From Paraspadella gotoi (lineage: Eukaryota > Animalia > Chaetognatha), in contig CM119264.1 in NCBI GenBank assembly GCA_051294375.1, positions 12,650,263 through 12,714,262 of the forward strand: a stretch of DNA of 64,000 bases, read 5' to 3'. The notes beneath the pieces were generated by a model. It did no database searches and was not told the DNA's origin. It saw nothing but the letters and a program-made list of their open reading frames with translations. Positions 36,822-49,600 of this stretch are shown here, piece by piece; position 1 is the stretch's first letter, and every line of letters starts with the position of its first letter. Both the position numbers and the translations under genes were made by a program.

Positions 36822-38337
36822 TTAAGGCTAAATTCGTGTTCTAGATTGGAGATTTGCGAAGTACGTAACTCCAGGAAAAGAGAAAGCTATAGCATTTACT
36901 AGTATATAATAGTATGTATTAAATTTCCTATATCGATTTTTAAATTATAATTATGTATGGAAATAAAATTTGTTTATCTTCTGAAAATTTAAAATGGCAG
37001 TACTGCCAACAACTACAATGGTCAACCTATTTGTTGAATTAAAATAACTAATGACTAAATTTCTCTAGATTTATTCAAAATTGTAATTTAGTTAAACTAA
37101 AAATCGTTGCCTAGAAAAATATTTTTTCAAAAAATTTTTCTCTGAATTTCGAGTTAAAAAGAGAAGATTATTATTATTAAACTGGAAAAAAGTAGAGCAG
37201 GTTATCAAAAGAGAAATTAAGAGTTAAAAGGGTCATCGGCTAATAAAGCAAATTAAATAAGCACTTAATAACGTAATTCTGAACTCAATGACCCCTAAAA
37301 GAACTGTAAAGATCAAATTGAAGATGTTGGAGAATATATCAGAATATTATAACATTCGCAAGAAATGTAATAACGTCAATAATTTTTTTTAACACACGTA
37401 CACTTAGAACTGGGTGCGCCTAAGTCGAATCCATGTAATTAAACGCAAATCAATTTGTACCGAATCATACAACTAAAAGTCGTTAGTTTATTCGCTAATA
37501 TTATGAGTTATAAACCAAAAAAAAAAAATCATTTTTATTGCAAACAAAATGTTTTCTATTTTCCTGTTTTCAATTTCTACAAAAAAGTCGTGCAAAATAA
37601 ACGCAATCTCCTGAGCAGTGAGATTGGAGGGTGGATCCGGGATATTCCATTCCTTTGCTCCTTTGTTTCAAGTCCGTGATAATAAATTTAAAAAAAGAGT
37701 AATATACTACGTATGTAATGAAGGCGAATTAAGCGACATTATAAATAATTGGGGGGGTATGTCACTTTCAACTGCATCAATTTAATTAATTTAAATTAAA
37801 CATCAGTATTAATACGGCTAAAATGGCTTACCAAACTGATTTTTAAACATTAAATAACTAGCTAGTGAGGCGACATTTGTATAAAAATAACGGCTATTTG
37901 TTTTGATAAAATAAGTTTCATTCTTTTTTATTAGTTTGTTGAACTGATGAATATCGGATTAAATTCAATTTTGTCAGTTGTATCTGTCCGAAGTATAATT
38001 TATGTTTAGTATTGTATTTTATTCAAAAATCAAGTTGGAGATGTTTCATCTGCTAAAATCTGACAATTAAATCTTTTAAACTGATAAATAACTTGAGGAA
38101 ATAGATATGTGTTGAAATGAGCGGGCAGTTTATCCTACCTTTAGCTCAGACAACGGTTTGACTAACAGAAGAAGAGATATCTTCAATACCTCTCGTCTAG
38201 AGCTGACCGGCGCTATCCGTCTTCTAGGAATCTATATCATAATCATATAACTTGGAAGAGACAATTATAACTCATATTAGATCGTTGGTCAGTGGAAATA
38301 AAGTTTTAAAAAGAAAACGCGATTTATTAATGGTAAA

Positions 38338-40619
38338 TCAAAAATGTGAGGCGACTCTTTCCATCTCCACAATATCGTCCACTACAGCATCGACGGTTGC
38401 GCCGATCTTGCGGCATAGTTCCTGCCGCTCCGTGGAACTCATGAACAAAAATGTAGACAATAGTTCGCCGTCGAGAATGTTCCTAAGGAACAAAGTAATT
38501 TTAAATAATTTACAAATAGATTAGAATAAAATTAATAATTCAGATGAAAGATTGTTTTTTCTCATTCTTTAAATCCATTCATTCTTTTTCTTTTCTGTTT
38601 CTTATATATTTATATTTATATATTCATATATTTATATTTATATATTTATATTTTCATGCCATTCTTTCACTTACCGGTTAGGATTTTGTAAGGCCCTAGC
38701 TCCTTGGGCCACTGTGCGAAAAGCCTTAGGATTCAAACCCGCCAAGTGAGGCGAATGTTGATTGAGAATATTTTGCAGCATTAGCAGACGTCGGTAAACT
38801 TTCTCGCCGACGGGAAGGAGATGGCCTAATCCGCCGTCAAGTGTCGCGAACATTGTCACGTGCCGTCGATCGAACTGGGTCGAAATCTTGCGTTCGGTAC
38901 TCAAGGCGTCGGTAGTGCGGCATCTGGTAGACCAAGGGGGACGGGGAAGAAAGGAAAGGAGCGAGAAGTGAATTGGTGATAAATGGGAGTAATTAAGTAA
39001 ATAGTGATATTAAAAAAATGCAGCAATTAAAAGGAGGGTAAAAGTAAAAGAAGAGACGCTTAGAAGAAAAGGAGAAAATTTAAGATTGACAAAATTTTTA
39101 AAAAATTTGAAAGCCCACCTGATTCGCCACAATGTCGTGACATGACTGCCAAGATTGAAATCTGCCCTGCGTACCAGGCGTTGTCCACCAGCACTCTCCT
39201 TAGCCTCCGGCTGGTACATAAAGACCACGAGATTTTGGAGAGAGTCGCTAACGAGAAAGGCGAGGCTCGCGTTGTCGACGAGAAACTCCGCGGAGTAGAC
39301 TTCGAGGGGCTTTACGTCTCGAGCCACGAGGGACAGATTCTTGTGTTCAGAGGAGTATCTTTAAAAAGAACGGGATGTTTGCGGGAATAGAACAGACATT
39401 GTTATCTGGTTAATGAAATGACTATCAGGAATTAACCTACCGAATTAAAGCAACGCTTTTGGTGACATCTCCATAAAGGATGAAGTTCTTGACCGTCACC
39501 AGAGTGTGAATATAGATCTGAGTGTCAATGAAGGCGATACCGATAAGATCGTCAGATTTAAGTTCCCAAAGGATGATGCGTTGACCGATGTTTGTCACTA
39601 GGTAACCGTTCAGCTGAGAATTGTCAAATCAAAATGTCAAAATGGATGCCCAACACTAAATATTTTTTGTACTTATTTACTACCAATAAGTAAATAAGTG
39701 TATTTTTCACTTAGCAACCTGCGCCAACGCCGTGACCGGTCCTTTTTGTTCTTTGTCGTAAACGGTCTTTACTTTGGTTCTCGTTAAAGGTTGCCCAGGC
39801 TCCGGGACAACCTCGATGAGATCGAGAATAAGGATACGCCCCCGGGAGGTACATTCCTCACCGTAGCAGTTGGTGGTACCGACGACGATAAAGCCCTTAA
39901 GGCCTGAGACAGTACCAGTGTCCTAAGAGAATATACGAGACGTTTAGATTTTGACTTCCTCTTAAATAAATATATAAATATATGCATATGAAAAAAAGAG
40001 AAAGAAATGATTAAAAATAACAAAAATACAGGAAGGTCCAGCTCTTATGGAATAATAAATAATAAAAAAAGACTATATTTAGAAACTAGTTTAAATTTTC
40101 TTTTGATTGATATCAAAAACGTCTGGAAAATCCAACAGCAACTACTGTAAATGATGCTTTTTGTATAACATGTCGAAATTCCTTACAAAATTGAAGAAAA
40201 TTTTGGCGATAATCAAGATAAAGGATGGTGACTTTTGATTTTTGGCCGCGCAGTTTTTCTGATTGATTGATAAAAATGTAGGATACAGAAGCAGAATATC
40301 CCACGCATCCCCTCGAGAACTGTCGACCTTCTGACAGTAATAATATGGACAGAAATGACAGCATTCCCTACAGGCGCAGTCTCAAAAGCAAATGCCACCT
40401 TCTCTGAACACTTAGAGGTCAAGGTTACTGAATGTGAATCTTTTTAATTGATTGTGTTATCATTACAACTTTTTACAAGTGTACCAATTATCATTTGATT
40501 TCTTTTTTATTTACCCGTCTAAACAATTTTTTTTAGTCCCAAAAGAGCTGGACCTCCCTGTAGTAGAAAAGTATGGGATTTGACAACACCAAATTTAGTT
40601 AATTATAATAATAATAATT

Positions 40620-40650
<31 letters not shown>

Positions 40651-43600
40651 TAATAATAACATACTTTGAGGGAAACGTGTCGCATGCAAGTGGCGTTTTC
40701 CCAGTTGTCCAGCTCAAGTTTGGCATTGGGAATGGGGTCCCAGTTAAGCGGAGAGAAAAAGGAAATTGAGAACTTGTCAACTGTGGGCCAAACGTATCGG
40801 ACGTCTTTTTGTTGAGGTTCAAACTCCCTGTCCTCGCCAGTTTGGCGGACATACTCGGTTACGGGTTCCTTAAATATGCATGAACGAATTAGGAAATTTA
40901 ATAAAAACATTCTTTGATCATTTATTAACTCACTTCTGTGCTGAGGCCGACGGCATAAATCTTCGCAACAGGATGGTAAACGATAAAGTGTGGAGTGCAC
41001 CGCAGAGGAATCTTACGGATCGGCCAAGGATTGTCGTAGGAGAGGTGGGTCGGAAGGATGCAAACCCGAAGGTCCCCCTCACGGTTGAAGTAAAGAAAGC
41101 CAGTAGGACAGTTAACGTTGTCAAAAGGAGCAAAGCATGTTACGCCGCCGTCTTTGGAGGGTAAAAGGGATGCAAGAGGCGGGTGGGAGAGGAAAAAAAA
41201 ATAATGAAACGAAAAGAGCAAGAACATCTAATAAAAATTATTACCGTTTTTTTTTAAAGGCTAAAGGTAATACCTACTCACCTACATTCATAGGGTGCAG
41301 CCGAGGAATGCCTCTGATCGTAATGAAAAACCAGAATGGGAAAGTGCCGGCGATGAAAACCCCTTCATAGCCAGACACGTTAGAGAAAGGTCTTAGCATC
41401 CGCGTCCACGTCCTCGTCTCCGGATCTACTGGACGAAGCCCTCGACTCTTTTTCCGGTCGCGCAAATTGGAATCGAGGAGAACCTTGCGAAATCTGGGTT
41501 AAAAAAAAATAATAGTAACATAGAAGGAAGAAACAAGTATGGCAGAGAAAAAAAACCCTGTAAGTATATAAGTATAACAATATATGTATTATATATAATA
41601 TATATAATATATATAATATATATATAATATATGTTCAAGATAATTGCTTATTAGGGTGTAGTGACGAAAAGATTGAGCGAGGGAACAATGTTTTTTTGCT
41701 GCTTTTGTATATGTAATAAAAAATAAGTCCTTTTTCAAAAGAAATTTGCATAACAGTATCATTAAATGAATTTTTTTTATAGTAAATCTTATCTTATAAA
41801 ATCATAAAATTTTAAAATCATATTTTTTTTAATTTTAAGAACATTTTCGGATTCACCGGAAAAAAATGGAAAACTTTTGTAAAATATGTTACATGATATT
41901 TTTAGGTTAAAGCTGCGAAAAATGACCAAAAAGTTTCATCATATAATAGTGGAGAATTTGACCTTTTTTTTCATTTTTAACGCTGAAGACATTGAAATTT
42001 TCAATAACATATTTTATATTTTTGATCTAACTTTTTATGAAGAATCAGAATTTCTAATAAAAATTATTAAAAAATTATTTTGAAAACTTATGATTTTATA
42101 AGGATATTACTATAAATATATTATAATTAATGATACTGTTCCCAAACAATATAAGCAAAATATTTTTTGTACTCCTTAATCATATCTAAATCTAAATATC
42201 CTTGTTTGTTAACTCAAATAAAATTTATGTTCCCCAGTGCTCCACTCTATTGCTTATGGTCTAGCGTATACACTGCGGCACAAAAAGTAGCCTCTTGTTA
42301 GCTTTAAATACCCCCACTATTTTTTTTTAATTTGAAAAAATTATTTATGAAAAGTATTGCTTTTTTAAAAAGCTACCGATTGATGCAAAATAAATTAATT
42401 GGTTCAGGTAACAGATTACTGCAATACTTTGAAGTCAGAGTCTGAAAATAGAATTAAGAAAAAATAATTTTTGAAAATTAAGTTGATACTTCTTTTTTTA
42501 ACTGATGATAAAAGATTGCTTTTCTATCAAATTTCCTTACTTTTCCTGACTTTTGATGACTAAAAAATATTTTGTACTAATCAATTTCAACGTCCTATAA
42601 CTTTTGAACGTTTTGCTCAATTTTATTGAGACTTTGACCAATTGCTTCATCTTTCAATATGCTTTGTTTTATATTTTTATATCTTTATAAAATTGAACCA
42701 TCCAATATGGTTTTTTCCATTTGAAAAAATGGCTACTTTTTTTGCGCCGCAGTGTACAGTCATGCCACTTAATTTCAGACTTTAAAAATCACCATATATA
42801 CTTGGGTTTTTAAAAAAAATTTTAAAGTTAATTAAAGTTTATTGAAATATAATAAGTTTGGTATAAATTATATTAAAATCGGGCATTCCGTTTAGGATAA
42901 GTTATTTTTAAAAAGAAAAACGGCTCCTTACAAATATGTTTTCAGATAGAGGGATGAGTCTATTTCACTGGATTCCCCCATTACTCTTCCCCATTCTCGC
43001 TCGAGACACCTTTTCTTCTTCCTCTTCCGCCTCTTTTCCTCCCTTTCCCTTCCTCCTCATCGAGCGACGACAGAAGGAGCAAAGAGAGAGATTTTAGTTC
43101 TGTCTTGGGTTCTACTTCAGCTCGCGAGCTCCCTCTCAGAGAATATACTTTTTTTGCCTATTTTTTGGACTTTTCCTTTGACTTTACTCATAGAGAGATA
43201 GAGATGATGGACCTACCCATCAGTTAGGTTTTATATCATAAGAAATACCAAACCTATACCTTTAAAACCAATTATCATTAAACTCAATAGAGTTTACGGT
43301 ACGTAGCTGAGCTTATGTTCATCCTTAAACCTATTAAGTTTTTTTATAAATACTTCGGAATCATCATCTAATTTGTTCATTCATGAATTACTTCCATCAA
43401 TAATAAGTGATCCATTTAAAAGCTAAGTCCTTTAAATAAATTCAGTTCGAGCAAATTAAAAATGGCATATTAAAAATTGAATCACTGTAAATGAGTCTAA
43501 ACCTATGGCTTGAACATTTTTCATTCTAATAACAACCTAAAAGTTTTTGAAAATAAAAGACACATTCAAATATATTGTTTTTATTACATGAAATCAACAA

Positions 43601-46600
43601 CCAGATTTGATATTTCATTCTGTAATGTATTTGCCTACATAATCCCACAAATTTTACTAGAGCTGCGACTTCCTTTAACAGAATTAAGCTGATCAGCGCT
43701 TTTAGCTACATTTACTTGACCATCAGAATCTGAGAGTCCACCACGATCGAGTTGAATTGAATTCAAGATCGTCGCAGTCAATTTCCATTTAAATGTGAGG
43801 TCCTTGGTAACTCCGGGGCATAAGTCGGTTTCCCGTTTGTGTAATTCATCCCTCATGGAAATATCTAACTCTGTCAAAACCGTTTTGTTAGTGCCCGAGA
43901 TCAAAGCAGAACTATTGGTGATTTCAGTAACATTGGGTTGGCTGGCATGTTCGCCACACAGCCACAACATCTTTCCTGAAGGTAACAAACAACGTTTTAG
44001 AGAATAAAAATCTTTTTTCACTAGACTCATAACAAAAGATCGAAAATGTAAATAAGAACTCTTGAAGTAGTCGGATTTATCATCATGTGAATTAACTTCT
44101 GAATTAGACACTTTCAGCGTTTTCATGATTGAATACATATATAAAATAACTTTCTTGGCATTTTCACCTCCTAAGCAATCAATATCAACACATGCCGTTT
44201 CAAGGATGCTATAAATTTTGGCTAAATAACCTGCAGAATGCGTCAAAACTCGTTCTTTTTCTTCAAAGGACATGTTATCAACATTAATAGCTGTAACCAC
44301 ATGCCAACCATGTTCATTTTCACATAAAAATTTTACTTGCCATGTGTTTTCAATAAGTACCTTTACACTGAGCGTAATGTCAGAAATCTTTAAGTCAAGC
44401 AAGATGAGAAAAGGGAGAATTATGTCATCTGCAGAATATTTCACGATTTGTCGCAAAAAACGCCGTTGTACAAGCTCTTTAACTTCGAACAATGACTGAA
44501 TCTGATTATCACCAGTATCACCCAGGGAAAAACTTTGATTTTCCTCGGGATTTCGAATGTTACATAATTTTTCAGCCTCCATTAATAGATTTTTCAAGGA
44601 AAGTTCTGAACCTTGACGCATGTCTATCAAAGGAGCCCTTGCCTTGTTTAAAAGCAACATTCCTGCCTCCGTCTGCAACCAAGAATCAGAGGTTCCAACT
44701 AGCACTGCAATTATAGGTTTACCCAAATTAATAATGGAAAATCTGAGTTCCATCATACAATTACTGCTTTCTGCATATTCCTTTGAAACGCAAACCAGAA
44801 CCATTTGGGCATTCTTCATACCTATTGCAATATCTTCAAAGAGACCTTGTCTTCCTGCCTGCTCAATGTCAATCCAACATGAAAGCCCAGATTTTTCTAA
44901 AAATTTTTTTAATTCCCTTGGATCACTATTTTCATTAGCAAGCGCTGTTTCAATCAAAGGTGTACCCTTTTTAACTGCGTCATGACTATTGTACCAGCAG
45001 TAAGAAACAAATACCTTCAATTTAGAATTTTTCACAATTTGCGTAAGCCCCTCTAATTTGAGATTAAGCTGTTGTTTTAGCTCCAAAACTTTATCATCAA
45101 AAACATTAGGATTGGAAAAATTTACATAAATTTCTTGCCCGATGACAAGACCAAAGTCAGATTTTTTCCAGTTCATATTAGTATCAATGAGTACAACCAT
45201 CAATGGTTTTTTTAAAAATCTTCCAGCATATGAAAATAATTTTTGACAAAAATCATCTTTTTCATAATTGGTAGAAACCATCATCATAAACAACTTAGTA
45301 TGTTTGATAGATAATAAAACTTCTTCGTAATCAAGCTGACTTGTTATTTCTGAATACCAAACTTTGTAGCCCCATCCATTTAACAGTTTCTGCAATTTTG
45401 GAGGACAAAGATCATACTTTTCAGTTAAATCAAAATTGCTAAAAGATAAAAATATATCTGATTCAAGTTTACTTGTTAATTCCTTCATCTCATATACGGT
45501 TTGCTCAAACTGCAAATCAAAGTCAGAAGCACTTGAAGTTGGAAGAACAGCTTTTAACTCAAGCATAGAAATAGTATGAAAATGCTTCTGACACTGTAAA
45601 AATGGTGCCCTAAAATCTATCGCTTTTTGAACGAGTTTTTGGGAAAACATGGCAGGATCGTATGTAAATGTTTTCATACAATCAGGACAAGGCATTGAAA
45701 AATCATACACAACTCCAAGAAAAGATTCAGCAACCAAATTTTCAATTACTTCATGGAAAAGTAATATTAGGTTTTCTGGCCGAGGTCCCCGCACTTTTGC
45801 TTCTAACTGATTTTGTTTTTGTTCAATTAATGCTACCAACCGATTCTTTCTCAACAATGTTCCTCTTTTCCAAATTTTAGAATCATCAGCGAATTCACTT
45901 AGACGAACTTGTATCCGATTAAATAATCCTGGTGGTAAATATTCAAAATGATAAATAATTTTAGAACGTTTGTAATTGGGTTCAGAAACGTCAGGCCAGT
46001 CCAAGTCAACAGGGCAGGATTCCGGCAATAAACAAGGAACTATGCTCATTGATTCTTTAATAACCTCGTAGGTTAAATCAAACTCCTCAGTTAACTTTAA
46101 AAGCCAATTATGCATTGCTGGGTCATAATTTTTCCATATTATTGGTAAGTCTCTGTGATATAATCGACCTTGCTTAATGGGACTGTCTTTGACAGATACA
46201 ACACATGCCATGACATCTACAATCCATTGTGGATCTACAACAAGAATATTTTTCAATAACTCTGTATCAAAATACTGGACAGAACCTAATTCATGTAAAA
46301 ACGAAATCGCCTCTTTTATATCTTTTTCTTCAAAAATACCAACCTTGGCAGCTTCAATCATTACATTTTCCCAAGTAATTGTTTTAGTTATGGTCCTCTT
46401 TGATACAATGATCTTCTCTAAATCTAGGTAAACACTCGGGACTAACTCCCCCATGTATTTTTGGTGTAATGTAACTTTAATTAACTCATCTCTGAGTTGA
46501 GATATTCCCTGTCCAGTTATAGAACTAATGAAATAAAATCCGATGATCTGAGGAAATTTTTTTTTAAGTTTGTCGATAGGAATTTCAATGTTGGAAACTT

Positions 46601-49600
46601 TGTCACAATGACTACCAACAATAAAAATTGGAGTTTTTGGCGCATGACACGAAATTGAGCTTAACCAAAACTCCAATCCCGCGTGTTCATAACCTAATCT
46701 AGTTGTCCACAGCAAAAAATATACAGCTCGAGAGGTCAGAAAGAACTGATGAGTATTATAATAAACAGTCTGACCAGCAAAATCCCATGCACTGAAGCGT
46801 AATTCTCTGCCTTCTTCAGACATAACTTTCCATTCCACAATATTAATTCCATCTGTGATTTGTTCCTGGTCAGTTCCCATCGTTCGGTTGGTACTACTCA
46901 TTAGAGCACGCAAGAGACTAGTTTTTCCTAAACGAAAAAATTGTTTTTAAAGATCTATGAAAGTAGTATTCACTATTTATTTTATCGCCAAATTATGTCA
47001 AATAAATAATTATTATTATCTCGAACATGTTTTAGGCGCATTCAATTTCTTAATTTTTTAAAATGTTTATTCGCATGCGCTTATTGCAAAAAGTGGTTAA
47101 AATTCACTAAAAACATGTCTGAAGTTTGGTTTTATGAAAAAAGTATAAAATCTTTCAATTCCCATTAGAATTTGTTACAATATACTGAAGAGGTGGTAAA
47201 AATTGTTATGAGTTAGTGACAGAAACGTTCAACATAAGCAGTCCCTGAGCTTCGGATCAGGCTGTAACACCATGTTACAGGCGGATTAAGCGCCCCGTCA
47301 CTCTTAACTGCTAGGCAATTATCTGGCTAGAACCCCGGACCTTTGGGTTGGGAGGCGAATGACTTGCCTCCTGCATCAAAAGCCACTGATGAACGGTTGG
47401 TGGATTTTTTAGTATATTTTTTAGTATATTTTCACCAAACTTACCGCTTCCACCCAAACCAACTAGCATGAGTTTTGTCCTCTGACATTCCACATGACCA
47501 CCATTGAGTCGTCGCAAATAAGCTTTGATAGCCTCGAATCCTCGTTTAATGATTTCGATTGGTGGAGTTTTCAACGACGGGCAATGGGATACATTGAAAG
47601 TGTTTAGTAATGATAATCCTCCAAGTTCATATGTAATTGTGTCCAAAAAAGGATTGTGATGTAAGGACAGTTTTTCTAAACTTTCAAGGTTACGGATTTC
47701 GTTGGGAATTAAAGAAATAGATTGATATGAAAAATCCAATATTTTAAGCTTTTTCAAACAAAATATTTCGGGTGGAACCGAAGTGAATCGGGGAGTAGCG
47801 AAAAACAGTTCCGAGTTCAACAAAGCACCCTCTCGAGAAGAAATAATTCCATTCTTGTTAATATCACACAAATTAAAGAATGAATGGACGTTGGTGAGAT
47901 TAGCTAATGCGCAGTTACATTTAAGAAAATTTTCGTACTTTTCTTTTGTAAATGTGACATCGAATTCGCACCACTGTATTCCAGAAATATTTAGTTGTTC
48001 AAGTTTGAATAACTTTTTAAAAGACTCGGGTAAAATATTTAGCGGATTTGAAGACAAATCTAAACTTGTAAGATTAGATAAATTACCAATATGTTCAGGA
48101 AGAATATTGATGCAGCAATTAATTAGACTGATTTGTTTTAACGACTTACAATTGATGACACTTTCTGGAAGTACTCGTAAAGGAATATGTCTACATATAA
48201 GGCAATGCAAGACGGATGATAGACCAATATCAGCGGGAAGAAATTCAATTGCAGCTTCGGTTCCTCTATATTGGATTATCTGAAAAGATTCCAATTCAGA
48301 ATTACCTATTTTCGGTATAAATTTCAATTCAGAAAAAGGATTTAAAGCAAACTGATGAAGATTTGGAAATAACTCAAAAAAATCGTCAGGTAAATTCTGA
48401 CTTAAAGTACCAGTCAAAGTAATATCCACAATAGCTTCCGCATGCACTAAAAGGTCAGAAATTACTAATGATTCTGGAAAAATCGAGGCTGATGCCAGCA
48501 TGTGTGAATAGCAAGGTGTCGGACCAGAATCCTCTCTTTTAGAATAATAATAATTTTCATAGGCTTCTTTTTTTGCTAACAAAGAAAAGTGATGTGCATA
48601 AACATTAAGTATATTATAATTAACAAGCATTGTCTGTTTCTGTGTCAATTTATGAAATGAACTGCAAATAACTGGTTTGGACCTAAGCATTAGGGTCAAA
48701 ATTATTACCATTGAAACAAGATCTGGCGGCACATCATCAAATTTAATTTGTTTATTTATGTGTAACATTGTATGATTTTCCGATTCTTGATCATTTCTAA
48801 TATAAAAATATGTATATATACAGACAGGAAAGTAACTGTTTACATTAAATAGGTCATTTAATAAAACCGAGGAAGATTGAGGGAGCGGGAACATAATTTT
48901 ACAATCTTTATCTTTTAATCTATCAAGGAACCCAAACCATATATCTTTAGGTTTAACAGAAAAAACTGATTTTTTCCACATCCAATGGGAAAGTGGTAAT
49001 AATCGACATCCAACTTTTTCAAAGCATTCCAAAGGTAATTTAATCAGATTTGATGTAGTATTTTCAATTAAATCTGGGAATAACTTAACAGGAACTTGGG
49101 CTTTTTCGAAATATTTTGATTTTGATACAGATTCTTTAAATTGAAAAGGAATTTGAGGAAACTGAAATAAATGCCTCATATTCTTTTTACTACTATTAAG
49201 AAAAATGATGGAATATTGGGTATCTTTTAAGAAACCTTGCTTTGTTAAAGTACCATTCACACTTACATTTAACATACAAGGATAACTTATGGTTTCATAT
49301 TTTTCTTCGGTCAGCAATAATTTTCTAGAAGGATCTTTATCTTTAACGCACTCAAAGGAGTGAGAATAAACTTCTTCTTTTGATAAATCACTTAATTTAT
49401 TTAAGTCGAAATCAAAACCTGCTTTTAAAGTGTAAATTAACCAAATTTTTTCGGGAACATTTTGAAAATTAGAATCTATTTTTACCACTAAATTGCATAA
49501 GGGTTTGATAACCCCAAGAGGGGGTGAGACTGTTACCAGGGTTTTATCGGGAACTCGAAATTTGAAAAACATGTTTTGAGCAGATTTATTCAATAACTTT

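Noticed and set aside
47311-47444. ORF-track C-terminus of the 1554-aa ORF (KFGENILK...SSQIIA)
   Set aside because: It is read-through into intron 3 and the SINE. Splicing at G|GTAAGT restores the P-loop GKTS.
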